Below, piece by piece: positions 18,469 to 29,375 of a stretch of 64,000 nucleotides of DNA (its first letter is position 1; each line of letters starts with the position of its first letter). Source of the stretch: an uncultured Candidatus Rokubacteria bacterium. GTDB taxonomy: Bacteria; Methylomirabilota; Methylomirabilia; Rokubacteriales; DASRDR01. The stretch is taken from positions 64,001 to 128,000 of the forward strand of contig CAWDVE010000012.1 of assembly GCA_963805625.1 (NCBI GenBank). Reading direction: 5' to 3'. Both the position numbers and the translations under genes were made by a program. The notes under the pieces were generated by a model. The model had not been told where the DNA came from and did no database searches. It saw only the letters and a program-made list of their open reading frames with translations.

Positions 18469-20523
18469 CTAGTGTCGCCGAGGATCCAACCCGAGGAATG
18501 GACCAAGCGGCGGGAGGCCATCGGCCGGGCGTCCGCCGGGCCCTGTCATGGGGATCTCGTCGAGGCGCTCGCACCCGCCGATCCCTAAGCCGCACTTGGG
18601 CCCGATCGAGTCAGCGGAGCTGCCGGTCGGCACGAGCAGCTGCGGGTGATCGAACGGTGCCTGCTCCTGGCGCACCCGCTCGTCGGTCAAGCTCCGCAGG
18701 AAGTCAACCAAGCGCTGGCCGTCGACCGCGTCGAACTCCATGAAGGACATGATCGGGTTCACGTCGGCGGCATTGACATCGGTGAAATCTCCGCGGCGGC
18801 GGTAGAACTCGAGGACCTGCTGCAGGGTGGCCTGGCCCCCGTTGTGAAAGTACGGCCCGGTGAGCTCCACGTTGCGGAGGAAGGGGATCTTGAAGGCTCC
18901 CTGCACCAGATCCCGGCCGTCGATCGGGCAGTCGCGGTTCGTGGCATTGCCACAAGGGGGGAGCGGCGGCGCGAACAACAGACCAGCGACCGCCGCCCGG
19001 GTGATGCTGAGCGGTTGACCGAGGACGACGGCGCCGCGGCCCACGTCCTCGCTGGTAGGACGCACCCCGATGTTGGCGAAGCCCGCTTCGTTGAACGCGA
19101 CGATGGGCATCTCGATCAGCTTGCCGTCCACGACCTGCACGGTCGTGGACAGCACGGGCCCGGCGGCGGCAGCGCCCAACTCGGGCCCCCCGTGGCAGAG
19201 GGCACAGTTGCCCCTTCCGACTCCGGCGAAGACGTCCCCGGCCGAAAAGGGATTCTTGATGAACGCGATCAGCCCCAGAAGCTGATCCTCGGTCAGGGCC
19301 GCATCGTCGCCATCCATGAAGCGGTCGAACGGGGTCTGGTCGGAGACGAGCAGTGACTCGTAGAGCTGGATGGCGAGACCGAAGAAGAGGCTGAAGTTGT
19401 TCTCCATCTGCGTGAAATCCCCCGCCCGCTTGGTCGAGGCCCACCACCGGGGTTCGAAGGCCCGCTCGATGAGGGCGGCGTACGTGGTGTCGAGCCCCGG
19501 CGGGCCACCCACGCGGGCGTCCGAGAGGGTGGTGGCGCGTGACAGGGGCCCCAGCACGCTGTCCCGCGGCGAGACGAGCTGCAAGCCAAGCGGTCGAAGC
19601 GAGAGCATCTTTCGTCCGAGCTGGGCGAACGTGCGACCATCGAACGACATCTCGACCGCCGAAAGCGGCGGCTCGACGGCCTGTGAGGCCAGGCTGGCGT
19701 GGTCGATGCTCACCGGGATCTTGACGAGGGTGGCATTCGTCGGATCCTCGACGAACACGCCCGCGGTACCATCGAGCGGCCCGAACGGGCTCGACCCGTT
19801 GAAGCCGCTCTTCGCCCGACCGTCCCAGAAGCTGTCCGGGCTGAAGACGGCGTTGATGACCGAGGGTGCGTTGCGGGGCTCGACCTGGCGAACAGCCCTG
19901 CCGTCTACTTCGAACACCGGATCGGACCTGGGCTCGCCGGCATCCGCGGCGTTGCCGGCGACGATCGCCGTGAGCGTGGCCCTGAATGCGCCCTGGGAGC
20001 CGACGACGTCATTGGTGTCGGCCAGCACGGTTCGTCGAGAGAAGTCGAGCGGGCCCCCGGTGTCGACGCGGTGGAGGGGGAAATCGCTCGGCTCGAGCGC
20101 GTAATTCGGAGCGAAGCGCGGGTGGCCGGTCTCGGTCCTCCTCACCCCCGCACCCGGGTTGCCGAAGCGAGTGTCGCCAGCGTTGACGCCCGGGTTGATC
20201 TGGTTCCTGACCCGGCTGTCGGCCCCGGCGTGGAAATGACAGGAGGCGCACGCTTGGCCATCGGAGCCCACCTGCATGTCCCAGAAGAGGGCCTTGCCGA
20301 GCTGACGGGCGGCAGTCCGACCGTCGTCGGTGTCGCGGATGAACTCGTGGAGATTGCTCGGCGTGGGCACGGCAACCCGGGCCAGGCTACCCAGTCTGGC
20401 GGCGCGTGCCTCCGCCCGGATGCCGGTCCGATTCAGCCTGGCACCGACTTCGCCGCCGGCGTGTGCGCTGCCCAGGACAACGAGGCAGAGCCCCCAGGCG
20501 AGTGACGGCGCCGCCCACGTCAT
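18469..20523 (-). CDS. Secreted di-heme cytochrome c peroxidase / MauG-superfamily protein
   Basis: Signal peptide, LGKALFWD..CASCH, second heme motif CALCH, FKIPFLRNVELTGPYFHNG. Confidence 0.88.
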   Translation of the reverse strand: MTWAAPSLAWGLCLVVLGSAHAGGEVGARLNRTGIRAEARAARLGSLARVAVPTPSNLHEFIRDTDDGRTAARQLGKALFWDMQVGSDGQACASCHFHAGADSRVRNQINPGVNAGDTRFGNPGAGVRRTETGHPRFAPNYALEPSDFPLHRVDTGGPLDFSRRTVLADTNDVVGSQGAFRATLTAIVAGNAADAGEPRSDPVFEVDGRAVRQVEPRNAPSVINAVFSPDSFWDGRAKSGFNGSSPFGPLDGTAGVFVEDPTNATLVKIPVSIDHASLASQAVEPPLSAVEMSFDGRTFAQLGRKMLSLRPLGLQLVSPRDSVLGPLSRATTLSDARVGGPPGLDTTYAALIERAFEPRWWASTKRAGDFTQMENNFSLFFGLAIQLYESLLVSDQTPFDRFMDGDDAALTEDQLLGLIAFIKNPFSAGDVFAGVGRGNCALCHGGPELGAAAAGPVLSTTVQVVDGKLIEMPIVAFNEAGFANIGVRPTSEDVGRGAVVLGQPLSITRAAVAGLLFAPPLPPCGNATNRDCPIDGRDLVQGAFKIPFLRNVELTGPYFHNGGQATLQQVLEFYRRRGDFTDVNAADVNPIMSFMEFDAVDGQRLVDFLRSLTDERVRQEQAPFDHPQLLVPTGSSADSIGPKCGLGIGGCERLDEIPMTGPGGRPADGLPPLGPFLGLDPRRH

Positions 20524-21107
20524 GGCCTGACGATCCCTCCGCTCGCCTGCAGCGCGCCGACTCTCCCGGGTGGTCGGGCCGCGCGTCGCCGCTTGCCCTG
20601 CGCCACGGGGCCGTGCGTCAGGGCTTCCTCCTCAACAAGGCGGATCGGTGCCGAGCGATGAGGAAAACGTTCGCTCGAACTCGGAGTGCCGTTCCAGGAG
20701 ATGGCTGCTGACCGAGAGGGGCCCGCCCGCTCGGCGCGGAGCAGGCCGCGCGTATCGATCAAGCCATTCTGCGCCAGGCGGAAGGTTGCCCGGGGCGACC
20801 AGACGGGTGCAGAGTTCCATCTCACGGAACGCGTGGCCCTCGCGATGTTCATGCTCGAGAATGACCGTCGCCGCGCCTGGAGCAGAGGCCACCCGGCCCC
20901 TGGCTCGTGATGTCTTCGTTCACGAGCGCTTCCGGTGCCGGAAGACGCGCCTGGCCATCCACCCTCATGCTCCCCGTACTCCGCCGGTGCGCCGCCGGCT
21001 ATGATAACAGTCGTGATCGGCGGTCGTGAACGGGTCGTCCGACCGGGTATCGGCGAGCGCCGGCCTGCTCGAGTACGCGCCGATGGCCTGCGGTCCGTGG
21101 GGAAGTC

Positions 21108-22262
21108 TCAGGGTCCGGGAAAGCTGTCGCCACTCCCCGTCCGCGGGTTCTGGGAGCGATCATTGCCGGTGCCGGATGCCCGATCGCCTGGCGTTCTTCG
21201 GCGCAGCGTCCGAAGGGTCGGGAGCACCACGGTCTCAACCAGCCGGCGAGCGAGTCTGCCCGGGATTACGACGGGGTGGACGAGCATCTGACGGTCGGGA
21301 TATACGAAGAATGCGGGGCTGTCGGGGTAGTTGGTGGCAGAGTACAACCACGTAGCGGCACTCTCATGGAAGACCTGCACGGAGTCGACCTCGAGGAGCA
21401 GCCCCGGGGAAAACTGCGCGAAGCGCTCGTCGTAGGTCATCTTGAGGCTGAACAGCCGTTCACCGGCAAGGACGTCGCACCTCATCGCTACCGTCGCGCC
21501 TGCTGCTTCCAGACTGAGCAAGCGGAGGCGATTGTCCGCGGCGAAAGCGGAACACACCGCGCGGAAGAAGTCTCCCTCACCGGCGATCGACAGCATGGCC
21601 GTTCTCGCGAGCCCCTTCCACCCGGCCGCCTCCATGGCCAGGAATCTCTCGACGGCCTGGGGCTCGGACCCCCGGTCGACGATCCGAAGCCGATCGCCGA
21701 GGACGCGCTCGAAGTTCCGGCGCTTCTGTCCCAGCTTCCGTCTCGTCCTCCCCATCAGGGTCTCATGGAGGTAGGTCGGACTCGGGCGGCGCTTGACAAA
21801 CGGGCAGATCGACGGCTCGGGCTCCAGGCTGGAACAGCGGGTTCCCTTCACCGCAGCCAGCAGCGCAGGTCCCACGGTCCCGTCCACCGGAATTCGGTGA
21901 AGGCGGAGTATCCGGCGAGGGCTCCAGCGAGTCGCGAGGAGCTCGATTGCCGTACGCAGGCCATCTTCAGCGTAGGCCGGATCCACGTGGGGGATCCCGA
22001 GGACATTCGGGATCCCCCACGCCGGCAGGCGAAACCGCGATATGCGCTCGTGGCTGTAGAGGGGAAGGCACGCGACCATGTCCGCCCCCTCCGAGATGGT
22101 GGCCAGCGTCACGGGGGTCCTCCGATGCCGGACCGTCGCTTCCAGATACGCGGGTTCGAAGAACGGGTTCGGCTCGGCGGCCCGGCGCACGAGATCGTGC
22201 CACGCCGAGATCTGCGCCGGCTCCAGATCGGCAACCGAGACGAGGCGGGCACGAAGGCTCAC
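21108..22262 (-). CDS. GNAT acetyltransferase, CelD/BcsL (Acetyltransf_6) type
   Basis: AAEPNPFFEP, FLAMEAAGWKG, KMTYDERFAQFSPGLLL. Confidence 0.85.
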   Translation of the reverse strand: MSLRARLVSVADLEPAQISAWHDLVRRAAEPNPFFEPAYLEATVRHRRTPVTLATISEGADMVACLPLYSHERISRFRLPAWGIPNVLGIPHVDPAYAEDGLRTAIELLATRWSPRRILRLHRIPVDGTVGPALLAAVKGTRCSSLEPEPSICPFVKRRPSPTYLHETLMGRTRRKLGQKRRNFERVLGDRLRIVDRGSEPQAVERFLAMEAAGWKGLARTAMLSIAGEGDFFRAVCSAFAADNRLRLLSLEAAGATVAMRCDVLAGERLFSLKMTYDERFAQFSPGLLLEVDSVQVFHESAATWLYSATNYPDSPAFFVYPDRQMLVHPVVIPGRLARRLVETVVLPTLRTLRRRTPGDRASGTGNDRSQNPRTGSGDSFPGP

Positions 22263-22348
22263 ACGGTCCTCGGTGTGGAGTCAACCGGCACGTGGAGACC
22301 TGCGCCATCCAACCGCCGGTCCACATCGTCAGGCATGGTACCCGACTG

Positions 22349-23716
22349 ATGACCGACGGACCCCGGGGGCCAGCCTCTCGAGGCGGCGGCCATGGTCGGG
22401 CCGGAGCGATACCCGGACTGCCCATCATCTGCCCGTGGGACGACGAGCTTCCGTGCTCGCCTGCCTCGCCTTCGCCCGAGCGTCGCGTGAGCATGGCCTG
22501 TCTGGGTCGGCACGGCCGCTGGGGCAACACCCTGATGGGGTACTTCTTCCTCCAAGCGTTCGCGCACGTGCATCAGATGATCCCCGAAGTGCCCCGCTGG
22601 ATCGGTCAGGACCTCTTCGGCCGCCGGGATGATTCGATGGGCCAACTGCACCCTGTCATCCTGTACGACATGGTCAGTCAGATCTGCCAGGAATCTCACC
22701 ACCCAATGGTAACATTCGACCTCGCAGCCGGCCGCGCGCGCGTCGCGCGAGAACGATACGGGCGCAGACTCTTCGTCCTGCGAGATCCGCTCCTGACCCG
22801 TCCGCCGCATCCACTCCCGGCCACTTCCGTGGACCTCGAGGGCCCCTACCTCGTGCACACGCGCAACCTCTCCCCGCACCGCGACCTTCTGCGCCGCCTG
22901 GTGCAGCTCCTTCCCGCCCTCCGCCTACCATTGGAGGCCGCCTGGCGGGATCTTCGCGGTCGCGGTGACGCGGTCATCGGTGTGCACGTGCGCCGAAGTG
23001 ACTTCGATCTGGCCTTTTCTCAGCAGGGCTTCGAGTTCATCGCGCCGATCCAATCGTACCTCCGGTGGCTGGAGTGGGTGTGGGCCCGGTACGAGCGTCC
23101 CGTGCTCTTCGTCGCGAGTGACTCGCTCGAGCGGGTCCTGCCCGCGTTTGCCCGCTATCGACCGGTCACCAGCCGGGATCTGGCGATGCGCTTTCCGTCC
23201 CACCTGCTGCATCCGGATCTGCCTCCCGCCCACGTCGAGCGGGATGCCCGCTTCTTTCCCGACTGGTTCATACTCTCTCGCTGTGACGCGGTGGCGATCT
23301 CCAATAGCTCGTTTTCCTTCACCGCGTGCATGATGAACGAGACCGGCTCGGTATTCGTACGCCCGAGGTTCCGACAGAAGGAACTCGTGCCATTCGACCC
23401 ATGGGACAGTGAACCGCTGCTGTTTCTGCCCGAGACCAGGAACGTGCTGTTCGACATTCTACAGAGACTCTCCCTAGTCCAGCGTGGCCTCGGCACCCGA
23501 GCCACGTTGCCACATCTGCGACGGGCGCTCCGCTGGTACCGGGGGCTGCTCAGGGTGCGGGCGATGGCGTGTCGGCAGCTCTTGGGTCCGAGTGGACTCC
23601 GTCGGGAACTGCTCCGACCCGAGTTCTACCTGGCAAGGAGCCGGCGGTACGAGGGAGCGTCGGCTGCCGCCGCTGGACCGGCGATCGAGACGCTCGGGAA
23701 CCCTTCACGTACCTGA
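22349..23716 (+). CDS. GT11-like (alpha-1,2-fucosyltransferase-like) glycosyltransferase
   Basis: GRWGNTLMGY, IGVHVRRSDF, LFVASD, DWFILSRCDAVAISNSSFSF; start inferred. Confidence 0.72.
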   Translation: MTDGPRGPASRGGGHGRAGAIPGLPIICPWDDELPCSPASPSPERRVSMACLGRHGRWGNTLMGYFFLQAFAHVHQMIPEVPRWIGQDLFGRRDDSMGQLHPVILYDMVSQICQESHHPMVTFDLAAGRARVARERYGRRLFVLRDPLLTRPPHPLPATSVDLEGPYLVHTRNLSPHRDLLRRLVQLLPALRLPLEAAWRDLRGRGDAVIGVHVRRSDFDLAFSQQGFEFIAPIQSYLRWLEWVWARYERPVLFVASDSLERVLPAFARYRPVTSRDLAMRFPSHLLHPDLPPAHVERDARFFPDWFILSRCDAVAISNSSFSFTACMMNETGSVFVRPRFRQKELVPFDPWDSEPLLFLPETRNVLFDILQRLSLVQRGLGTRATLPHLRRALRWYRGLLRVRAMACRQLLGPSGLRRELLRPEFYLARSRRYEGASAAAAGPAIETLGNPSRT

Positions 23717-23850
23717 CGGCACCGCAACGCCTCGACGGGCCGGCGCCTCACCGAGTCGACGTCGCGGCTCAAAGGAACGATAGGACAGGGCGCGACGGTG
23801 CGGAACGTGAGGAGGGGACCTTCGGGGCGGTCGTTGGTCGGAGCGGCAAG

Positions 23851-24996
23851 GTGACACTCCGCGCGCTATTTCCATTCGGATGCAACAACGTGCGTGTCGG
23901 CCATATCCTCTTTTCCTTGGTGCGACACTTATCCGAGACCGATCTGCGGGCCGAGCTGTGGGTGATGCGGCGAGGGCCGCGGGTGCGCGCGACGTGTGTC
24001 CGCACGGCAATTCCAAGCAAGGTGGTTTCGGTGATCGAGCGTGCGAACAGGGTGATTCAGCCGCGGCTGAACTGGGCGCGCACGATCCTAGAGCATCGAT
24101 ACGCCGCCGCCTTCCAGCCGGGAGATGTGGCGTACGTGTACCGGGGGTGCTCGCTCGAGCTAATGCGTGCGCTGCAGGCCCGGGGCCATCCGGTCTTCCT
24201 CGAGCGCGCGATCATCATGGACCACATGGCCAAGCGGATCAGCGACGACGCCTTCACGCGCGCCGGCTGGCCGGTGGAGCCTCTCTTCGCGCAAAGCCGG
24301 CTGGACGCGGAACAGGCACAGGTCGACACCGCGGATTTCATCTTCAGCCCGAGCCCGGCGGTGACGGCCTCGCTGCGGGAGCGGGGGGTACCGGACGAGA
24401 AGATCCTGCAGACGAGCTATGGCTGGGATCCCGAGCGATTCCGGACGACGGCACGGGCGTTGCCGCCGACTGAGGGAGTGACGGTCCTCTTCGTGGGCAG
24501 CATTGAAATCCGGAAGGGCGCCCACCTCTTGCTGGAGGCGTGGAGGCGGGCCGGCATCACCGGCCGCCTCGTGTTGGCCGGCGAGATGGAGCCGTTGATT
24601 GCCAGGTACTGCGGGGAGCACTTGAAACGAAACGACGTGATCCATCTGCCCTTTCATCCCGATCCGGCGCCGGTGTACCGGTCGGCGAACATCTTCGGGT
24701 TTCCCACGCTGGAGGAGGGAAGCCCGCTGGTGAGCTACGAGGCGATCGGGAACGGGCTCCCGGTCGTCACGACGCCCATGGGGGCGGGGGACATCATCCG
24801 GCATCGGCGGGAGGGGCTGGTTGTCGAGCCACACGATCAGGACGCGCTGATCGGGGCGCTGCGGGAGCTGGCGCAGGATGCCGAGAAGCGGCGGGTAATG
24901 GGGGAAGCCGGACGGATTCGGGCGGCCGACTATACGTGGGACAAGGTCGCCCAGCGACGCTACCAACTCATCAAGAGGGCCCTGTCGGGGCTGTGA
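23851..24996 (+). CDS. Glycosyltransferase family 4
   Basis: LFVGSIEIRKGAHLLLEAW, FPTLEEGSPLVSYEA..GLPVVTT. Confidence 0.88.
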   Translation: MTLRALFPFGCNNVRVGHILFSLVRHLSETDLRAELWVMRRGPRVRATCVRTAIPSKVVSVIERANRVIQPRLNWARTILEHRYAAAFQPGDVAYVYRGCSLELMRALQARGHPVFLERAIIMDHMAKRISDDAFTRAGWPVEPLFAQSRLDAEQAQVDTADFIFSPSPAVTASLRERGVPDEKILQTSYGWDPERFRTTARALPPTEGVTVLFVGSIEIRKGAHLLLEAWRRAGITGRLVLAGEMEPLIARYCGEHLKRNDVIHLPFHPDPAPVYRSANIFGFPTLEEGSPLVSYEAIGNGLPVVTTPMGAGDIIRHRREGLVVEPHDQDALIGALRELAQDAEKRRVMGEAGRIRAADYTWDKVAQRRYQLIKRALSGL

Positions 24997-25117
24997 GCAG
25001 CGTGTCGAACCCATGGCTTCGCGTTCGCACACCGATCACGATACTGCCCCGTCGGCTCAGGTCTCCCGCGTGAGTGTGGGGAACGGGCGACGCTGCTCTG
25101 ATGATCCTTGCCGATTA

Positions 25118-26423
25118 GGGATTGTCACGAAATAAATGTACCAGATAATGGGATCGTGGCTGCTAGGGTATCCCATGGATGGTGGCCGAGCAGGCCATTC
25201 GACGACGGTTCCGGCTGATCGAGCCGCACCTGGACGAGCGGCTGCGCCGGCTGGTGGCCGCGGCGGAAGTCGCGGCCGCGGACAGCGTGTCGGCGGTGGC
25301 CCGGGCCACAGGAGTGTCCCGGCGCGCCATTCGCGCTGGGGTCACGGAGCTGAAGGCCCGTGGCGCAGCGGCCCTGGCCCCGGGGCGGATCCGGCGTCCC
25401 GGAGGCGGGCGCAAGCGCACGGTCGACCAGGATCCGACGTTGGTGACGGACTTGGAAACGCTGATCGAACCCACGACGCGCGGGGATCCGCAGTCCCCGC
25501 TGCGGTGGACCTGCAAGAGCGTCCGGCGCCTGGCCGCCGAGCTGACCCGCCAAGGGCATCGCACGAGCCATCGGATGGTCGCCGCGTTGCTCCAGCAGTT
25601 GGGGTACAGCCTGCAGGCCAATCGGAAGACGATCGAGGGCACCCGGCACCCCGATCGCAATGCCCAGTTCGAGCACATCGCCGCCCGCGTCCAGGCCACG
25701 CTGCGCCAGGGCCAGCCGGCGATCTCTGTCGATACCAAGAAGAAGGAGCTCGTGGGGCCGTTCAAGAATGCCGGTCGCGAATGGCGGGCCCACGGGCAGC
25801 CTCGGCCGGTGCGGGTCCACGACTTCGTGCAGCCGGAGCTGGGGCGCGCCATTCCCTACGGGGTCTACGATCTGGGCGCCAACACCGGCTGGGTCAGTGT
25901 CGGCATCGACCACGACACGGCGGCGTTTGCCGTCGCGAGCATTCGCCACTGGTGGCAGGCCATGGGGCGCCGGGCCTATCCTCACGCCCGGCGGCTGCTG
26001 ATCACGGCCGACGCCGGCGGGAGCAACGGCGCCCGCCGGCGGTTGTGGAAGGTCGAGCTGCAGAAACTGGCGGACCGCCTCCACCTGCCCATCACGGTGT
26101 GTCATTTCCCGCCCGGCACGAGCAAGTGGAACAAGATCGAACACCGCCTGTTCTCCTTCATCACTCAGAACTGGCGCGGCCAGCCCCTGCTCAGTCACGC
26201 GGTCATTGTGAATCTGATCGCGGCCACCACGACCACCACGGGCCTCCGCGTGCGGGCGCGGCTGGACACGACCCGGTATCCCTCGGGCCTCAAGGTCAGT
26301 CGCGCCACCCTGGAGGCCGTCCGCCTGCGGCCCGATCCGTTTCACGGGGACTGGAACTACACGATCCTTCCCACCCAGTCGGCAAAGCGATAGCATCTGG
26401 TCCATTTATTTCGCACCGGGTCC
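25118..26423 (+). mobile_element. ISAzo13-family insertion sequence
   Basis: Imperfect TIRs beginning GG and sharing cgaaataaatg.accagat; 3-bp TTA direct repeats at 25115-25117 and 26424-26426. Confidence 0.88.
25179..26393 (+). CDS. ISAzo13-family DDE transposase
   Basis: RGDPQSPLRWTCKS, ISVDTKKKELVG, ITADAGGSN, PPGTSKWNKIEHRLFS, FHGDWNY. Confidence 0.95.
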   Translation: MVAEQAIRRRFRLIEPHLDERLRRLVAAAEVAAADSVSAVARATGVSRRAIRAGVTELKARGAAALAPGRIRRPGGGRKRTVDQDPTLVTDLETLIEPTTRGDPQSPLRWTCKSVRRLAAELTRQGHRTSHRMVAALLQQLGYSLQANRKTIEGTRHPDRNAQFEHIAARVQATLRQGQPAISVDTKKKELVGPFKNAGREWRAHGQPRPVRVHDFVQPELGRAIPYGVYDLGANTGWVSVGIDHDTAAFAVASIRHWWQAMGRRAYPHARRLLITADAGGSNGARRRLWKVELQKLADRLHLPITVCHFPPGTSKWNKIEHRLFSFITQNWRGQPLLSHAVIVNLIAATTTTTGLRVRARLDTTRYPSGLKVSRATLEAVRLRPDPFHGDWNYTILPTQSAKR

Positions 26424-26539
26424 TTAGCTCATGCTCACACTGAAAGTCCCGCGTGTGTCAAGAAGCTGAACGCCGGATGGAGTCGCGCCCGCACGCGCCG
26501 TAACCCGTGATGGAGCGGTCGCATGAGGCCACGGCGATC

Positions 26540-26780
26540 GGGCTCGCACAGGGTTTGGCGCACTCCCCCCTTGACGTTGCCCGGTGCGCTTCGATGGGAT
26601 TGAGTTCGGGGGTGTAGGCGGGCAGTCGTTCGACCGTGAACTCGGCCAAACGGATCACGGCTCCGGCTAGAGTGCCGAGACTGGACCATGCCCACGGTCC
26701 ACGCAGCAGGTCGGCAGGTGCCGGGCCGGCCCGTCGGAACAGACCGCGAGTCTGCAGCCTCCGTCCCCGTTCACCACCGC
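26540..26780 (-). pseudogene. IS630/Tc1 transposase C-terminal remnant (limits approximate)
   Basis: VERLPAYTPELNPIE motif with surrounding frameshifts. Confidence 0.6.
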
Positions 26781-26872
26781 TGGCGCGCTGCACACCGGTC
26801 GTCTATGCTACCGAGCACGTGAAGACAGTCGACGTCGCGAAGCGCGCGCGACGAGCGGGGTGACGTCTGGGC

Positions 26873-27814
26873 ATGACCGCGAGTCAGGTCGTCTCCGGAA
26901 CGAAGCCAGCCCACATTACCGCGGTCATCTGCCACTACAACCCGACGCGGCACGTCTACCTCCGGTACCTGGTCAGCCTGTGCGTGGCAGCCTTGCGGAG
27001 AGTCCCGGACGAGTTCCTGACGATCCTCGTCTGCGACGGAAGTCCCGAGCCCGACGGTCAGCTGGCCGCGACACTGGACGGCAGCAATGCCCGCTACCTC
27101 CACGCGGGCCGGCCGCTCTCGTTCGGCGGGACGTACAACCTGGGGATCGAGGCGGCTCAGACAGAGTACGTCGTTCTCATTGCCAACGACATTCTCATCT
27201 CCTCGCCCCAGGTACGGCAGCTGGTGATGGAGTTGCGCGATGAGGTGGGCTGTGCGATCCCGTATCTCACGCGCTCCGACTACGCCACCCAGTGCACTCG
27301 GCGGAGCCGCGTCCCGCCCCGCTGCTACCCGGCGTCGATGACCCTCAACGTCAACGCGTTTCGTCGAGACGTCCTCCGCAACGCGGGCAGCGTTCCCGAA
27401 GAGTTGTCCGGTTGCTTCAACGACATGGTGATGTTCCAACGGCTACGCAATCGAGTTTGTCGGATCGCTCTGGTCAATGTCGGGCACGTGGATCACCTGC
27501 GTGCCATAACGCGCCTCATCTCGTCGAACCTGAGCTACGAGCGCGACCTCGCGACCGCCCCCTCTCTAGCGCCTGACCTCTTTCATGGCATCCGGCCCAC
27601 GCAACAGAGGAACACGTGGGCTCGCCTGTACGCGAACGCGGCCCAGCGTCCTCTGTCCCGTCTCTTGTGGCTCTTGGTCGGTCACGTTCCCTGGGAACTC
27701 AGTCAGCACCGCGGACTAGGTTACTTAGCGGCCTGGATCGAACCCTACCTCGCCTGCAAGGCCAACGACTATCGGCGCGCCCTGCTCCGCCGACGCCGAC
27801 GATCCTCCGCCTGA
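26873..27814 (+). CDS. Glycosyltransferase family 2
   Basis: TAVICHYN, ILVCDGS, SFGGTYNLGIEAA..YVVLIANDI. Confidence 0.75.
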   Translation: MTASQVVSGTKPAHITAVICHYNPTRHVYLRYLVSLCVAALRRVPDEFLTILVCDGSPEPDGQLAATLDGSNARYLHAGRPLSFGGTYNLGIEAAQTEYVVLIANDILISSPQVRQLVMELRDEVGCAIPYLTRSDYATQCTRRSRVPPRCYPASMTLNVNAFRRDVLRNAGSVPEELSGCFNDMVMFQRLRNRVCRIALVNVGHVDHLRAITRLISSNLSYERDLATAPSLAPDLFHGIRPTQQRNTWARLYANAAQRPLSRLLWLLVGHVPWELSQHRGLGYLAAWIEPYLACKANDYRRALLRRRRRSSA

Positions 27815-27879
27815 TGCCCAGGACAATCACGTGTAACGCATGCGTTGCCGACGAGCTGGCCGTGCCGACCTGGGGCGGA

Positions 27880-28250
27880 GGCCTCCTCCTCTGCGCGCTC
27901 TGTCCGCCTCGGGCCGTGGAGGTCTGCCTCAGCGCGCAGCCGAATTCGGTGCGGTCCGCGACAGGGCGGCGCCGCATTGCGGGTTGCGCGGCTCGCCGAC
28001 CGAGGTGCCGCCCTCCCTACCGTGCCGGCGATTTCTTCCGCCATCACATGGATCGCGATCTCGCGGAGCGACCTGCCGGCAGGTCTCGTGCACCGGGTCC
28101 GTCAATTCGGGCGCGAAGGTTCGCGGGCCTCCTCCCCTTCCTCTGCCTAGGCGCCGGGACCGAGACTCGATTCGTCAACCTCCTCGCCCCAGACCCCCGC
28201 GCGTGGAAGCTGACACAGAACCACATTCACGGTCCGGACACCGAGAAACC
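27880..28250 (+). pseudogene. Possible decayed 2OG-Fe(II) oxygenase (limits approximate)
   Basis: YRAGDFFRHHMDRD (HxD) fragment with no intact ORF. Confidence 0.3.
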
Positions 28251-28304
28251 GCGGCTTATTCTCGGACCAGGGGTGACCCGCACGGTCACGGAGGCTTTGC
28301 CGAA

Positions 28305-29375
28305 ATGACGTCGTCAACCAGGAAGACCACTCGGCCTGCCTGGAGGCGGACCCTGAGGGACTACGTCAAACGTCGTCATCCCGGGCTGTGGTCCGCTTAC
28401 CTGACGGACGAGAGCCTGCTCAGGCGAGGCCGGTTCACGCTACAGCAGAAAGTCCTCTACCTCATGATGAAGTACGGCTTCCGACGGAAGGCCTTGGACC
28501 TCCCGCCGGTGCGCTGTTGGCGAGAAGCGCCGGTGGAGGCGCACATCCTGACGTGCCGGAAGGACTTGCTGGATGCGGTTTGGTGTCTGAAGACGTTCCT
28601 GGGGTTCACGCGGCTCCATGTGGACCTCTTCATCCACGAGGACGGCTCCCTCGACCATGCCGCCATCGAAACCTTACAGCGCCACTTCGTCGGGGCGCGG
28701 GTCATCCGGCGGGCAGAGGCCGACGGGATCGCCCGGGGACAGCTCGCACACTATCCGAACAGCCGCCGGTTCAGGTCCGCACGGGCGACCGCGATGAAGT
28801 TGTTCGACTTCCTTTTCGTCGCGCGGCGCGAGAAACTCCTACTTCTGGATTCGGACCTTCTCTTCTTCCGGGACGCCGTCGAAATCCATGAGCTCATCGC
28901 GCAGGATCACGCATTCTACATGCCGGACCGTTTCAATGCCTACGACCACACCGATGAACTCGTGGCGCGCTGTGGTGCAAGGCTACTCCCGAGGGTCAAT
29001 ACCGGTCTCGCATACGTCCCCAAGAGCTTGATCGACTGGGAGGTTATCGAAAGCTTCCTCCAGCTCTACGACGACGCCTTCGGCTATTGGACCGAGCAAA
29101 CGCTGTACGCGCTCCTCATGTCGAAGCACGGCGGCGAGTTCACGATGCTGTCGGACAAGCACCAAATCTCGTTCGCACCGCTCGACAGCGAGACCGTGAG
29201 CCATCACTTCGTCGACGACGGGTCGCGGGGGCGCCTCTACACACACGGCCTGCGGAGGATCAGGTCGCAGTACCATGAACTGTGGGCGGCTTGCCAACAG
29301 CTCGGAGCACCGACCGCCAGGCTGGGTGAAGGAGACGCGCTATCGCTCCCGCCGTCCCAGAAGGACGGCTCATAG
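28305..29375 (+). CDS. Putative GT-A fold glycosyltransferase
   Basis: FIHEDGSL, KLFDF, LLLLDSDLLFF (DxD), VNTGL, YWTEQT; RBS GGAGG. Confidence 0.72.
   Translation: MTSSTRKTTRPAWRRTLRDYVKRRHPGLWSAYLTDESLLRRGRFTLQQKVLYLMMKYGFRRKALDLPPVRCWREAPVEAHILTCRKDLLDAVWCLKTFLGFTRLHVDLFIHEDGSLDHAAIETLQRHFVGARVIRRAEADGIARGQLAHYPNSRRFRSARATAMKLFDFLFVARREKLLLLDSDLLFFRDAVEIHELIAQDHAFYMPDRFNAYDHTDELVARCGARLLPRVNTGLAYVPKSLIDWEVIESFLQLYDDAFGYWTEQTLYALLMSKHGGEFTMLSDKHQISFAPLDSETVSHHFVDDGSRGRLYTHGLRRIRSQYHELWAACQQLGAPTARLGEGDALSLPPSQKDGS

Noticed and set aside
20524-21107. Short ORFs or a possible gene remnant in the intergenic region
   Set aside because: No convincing RBS or motif beyond a weak ARDVFVH fragment.
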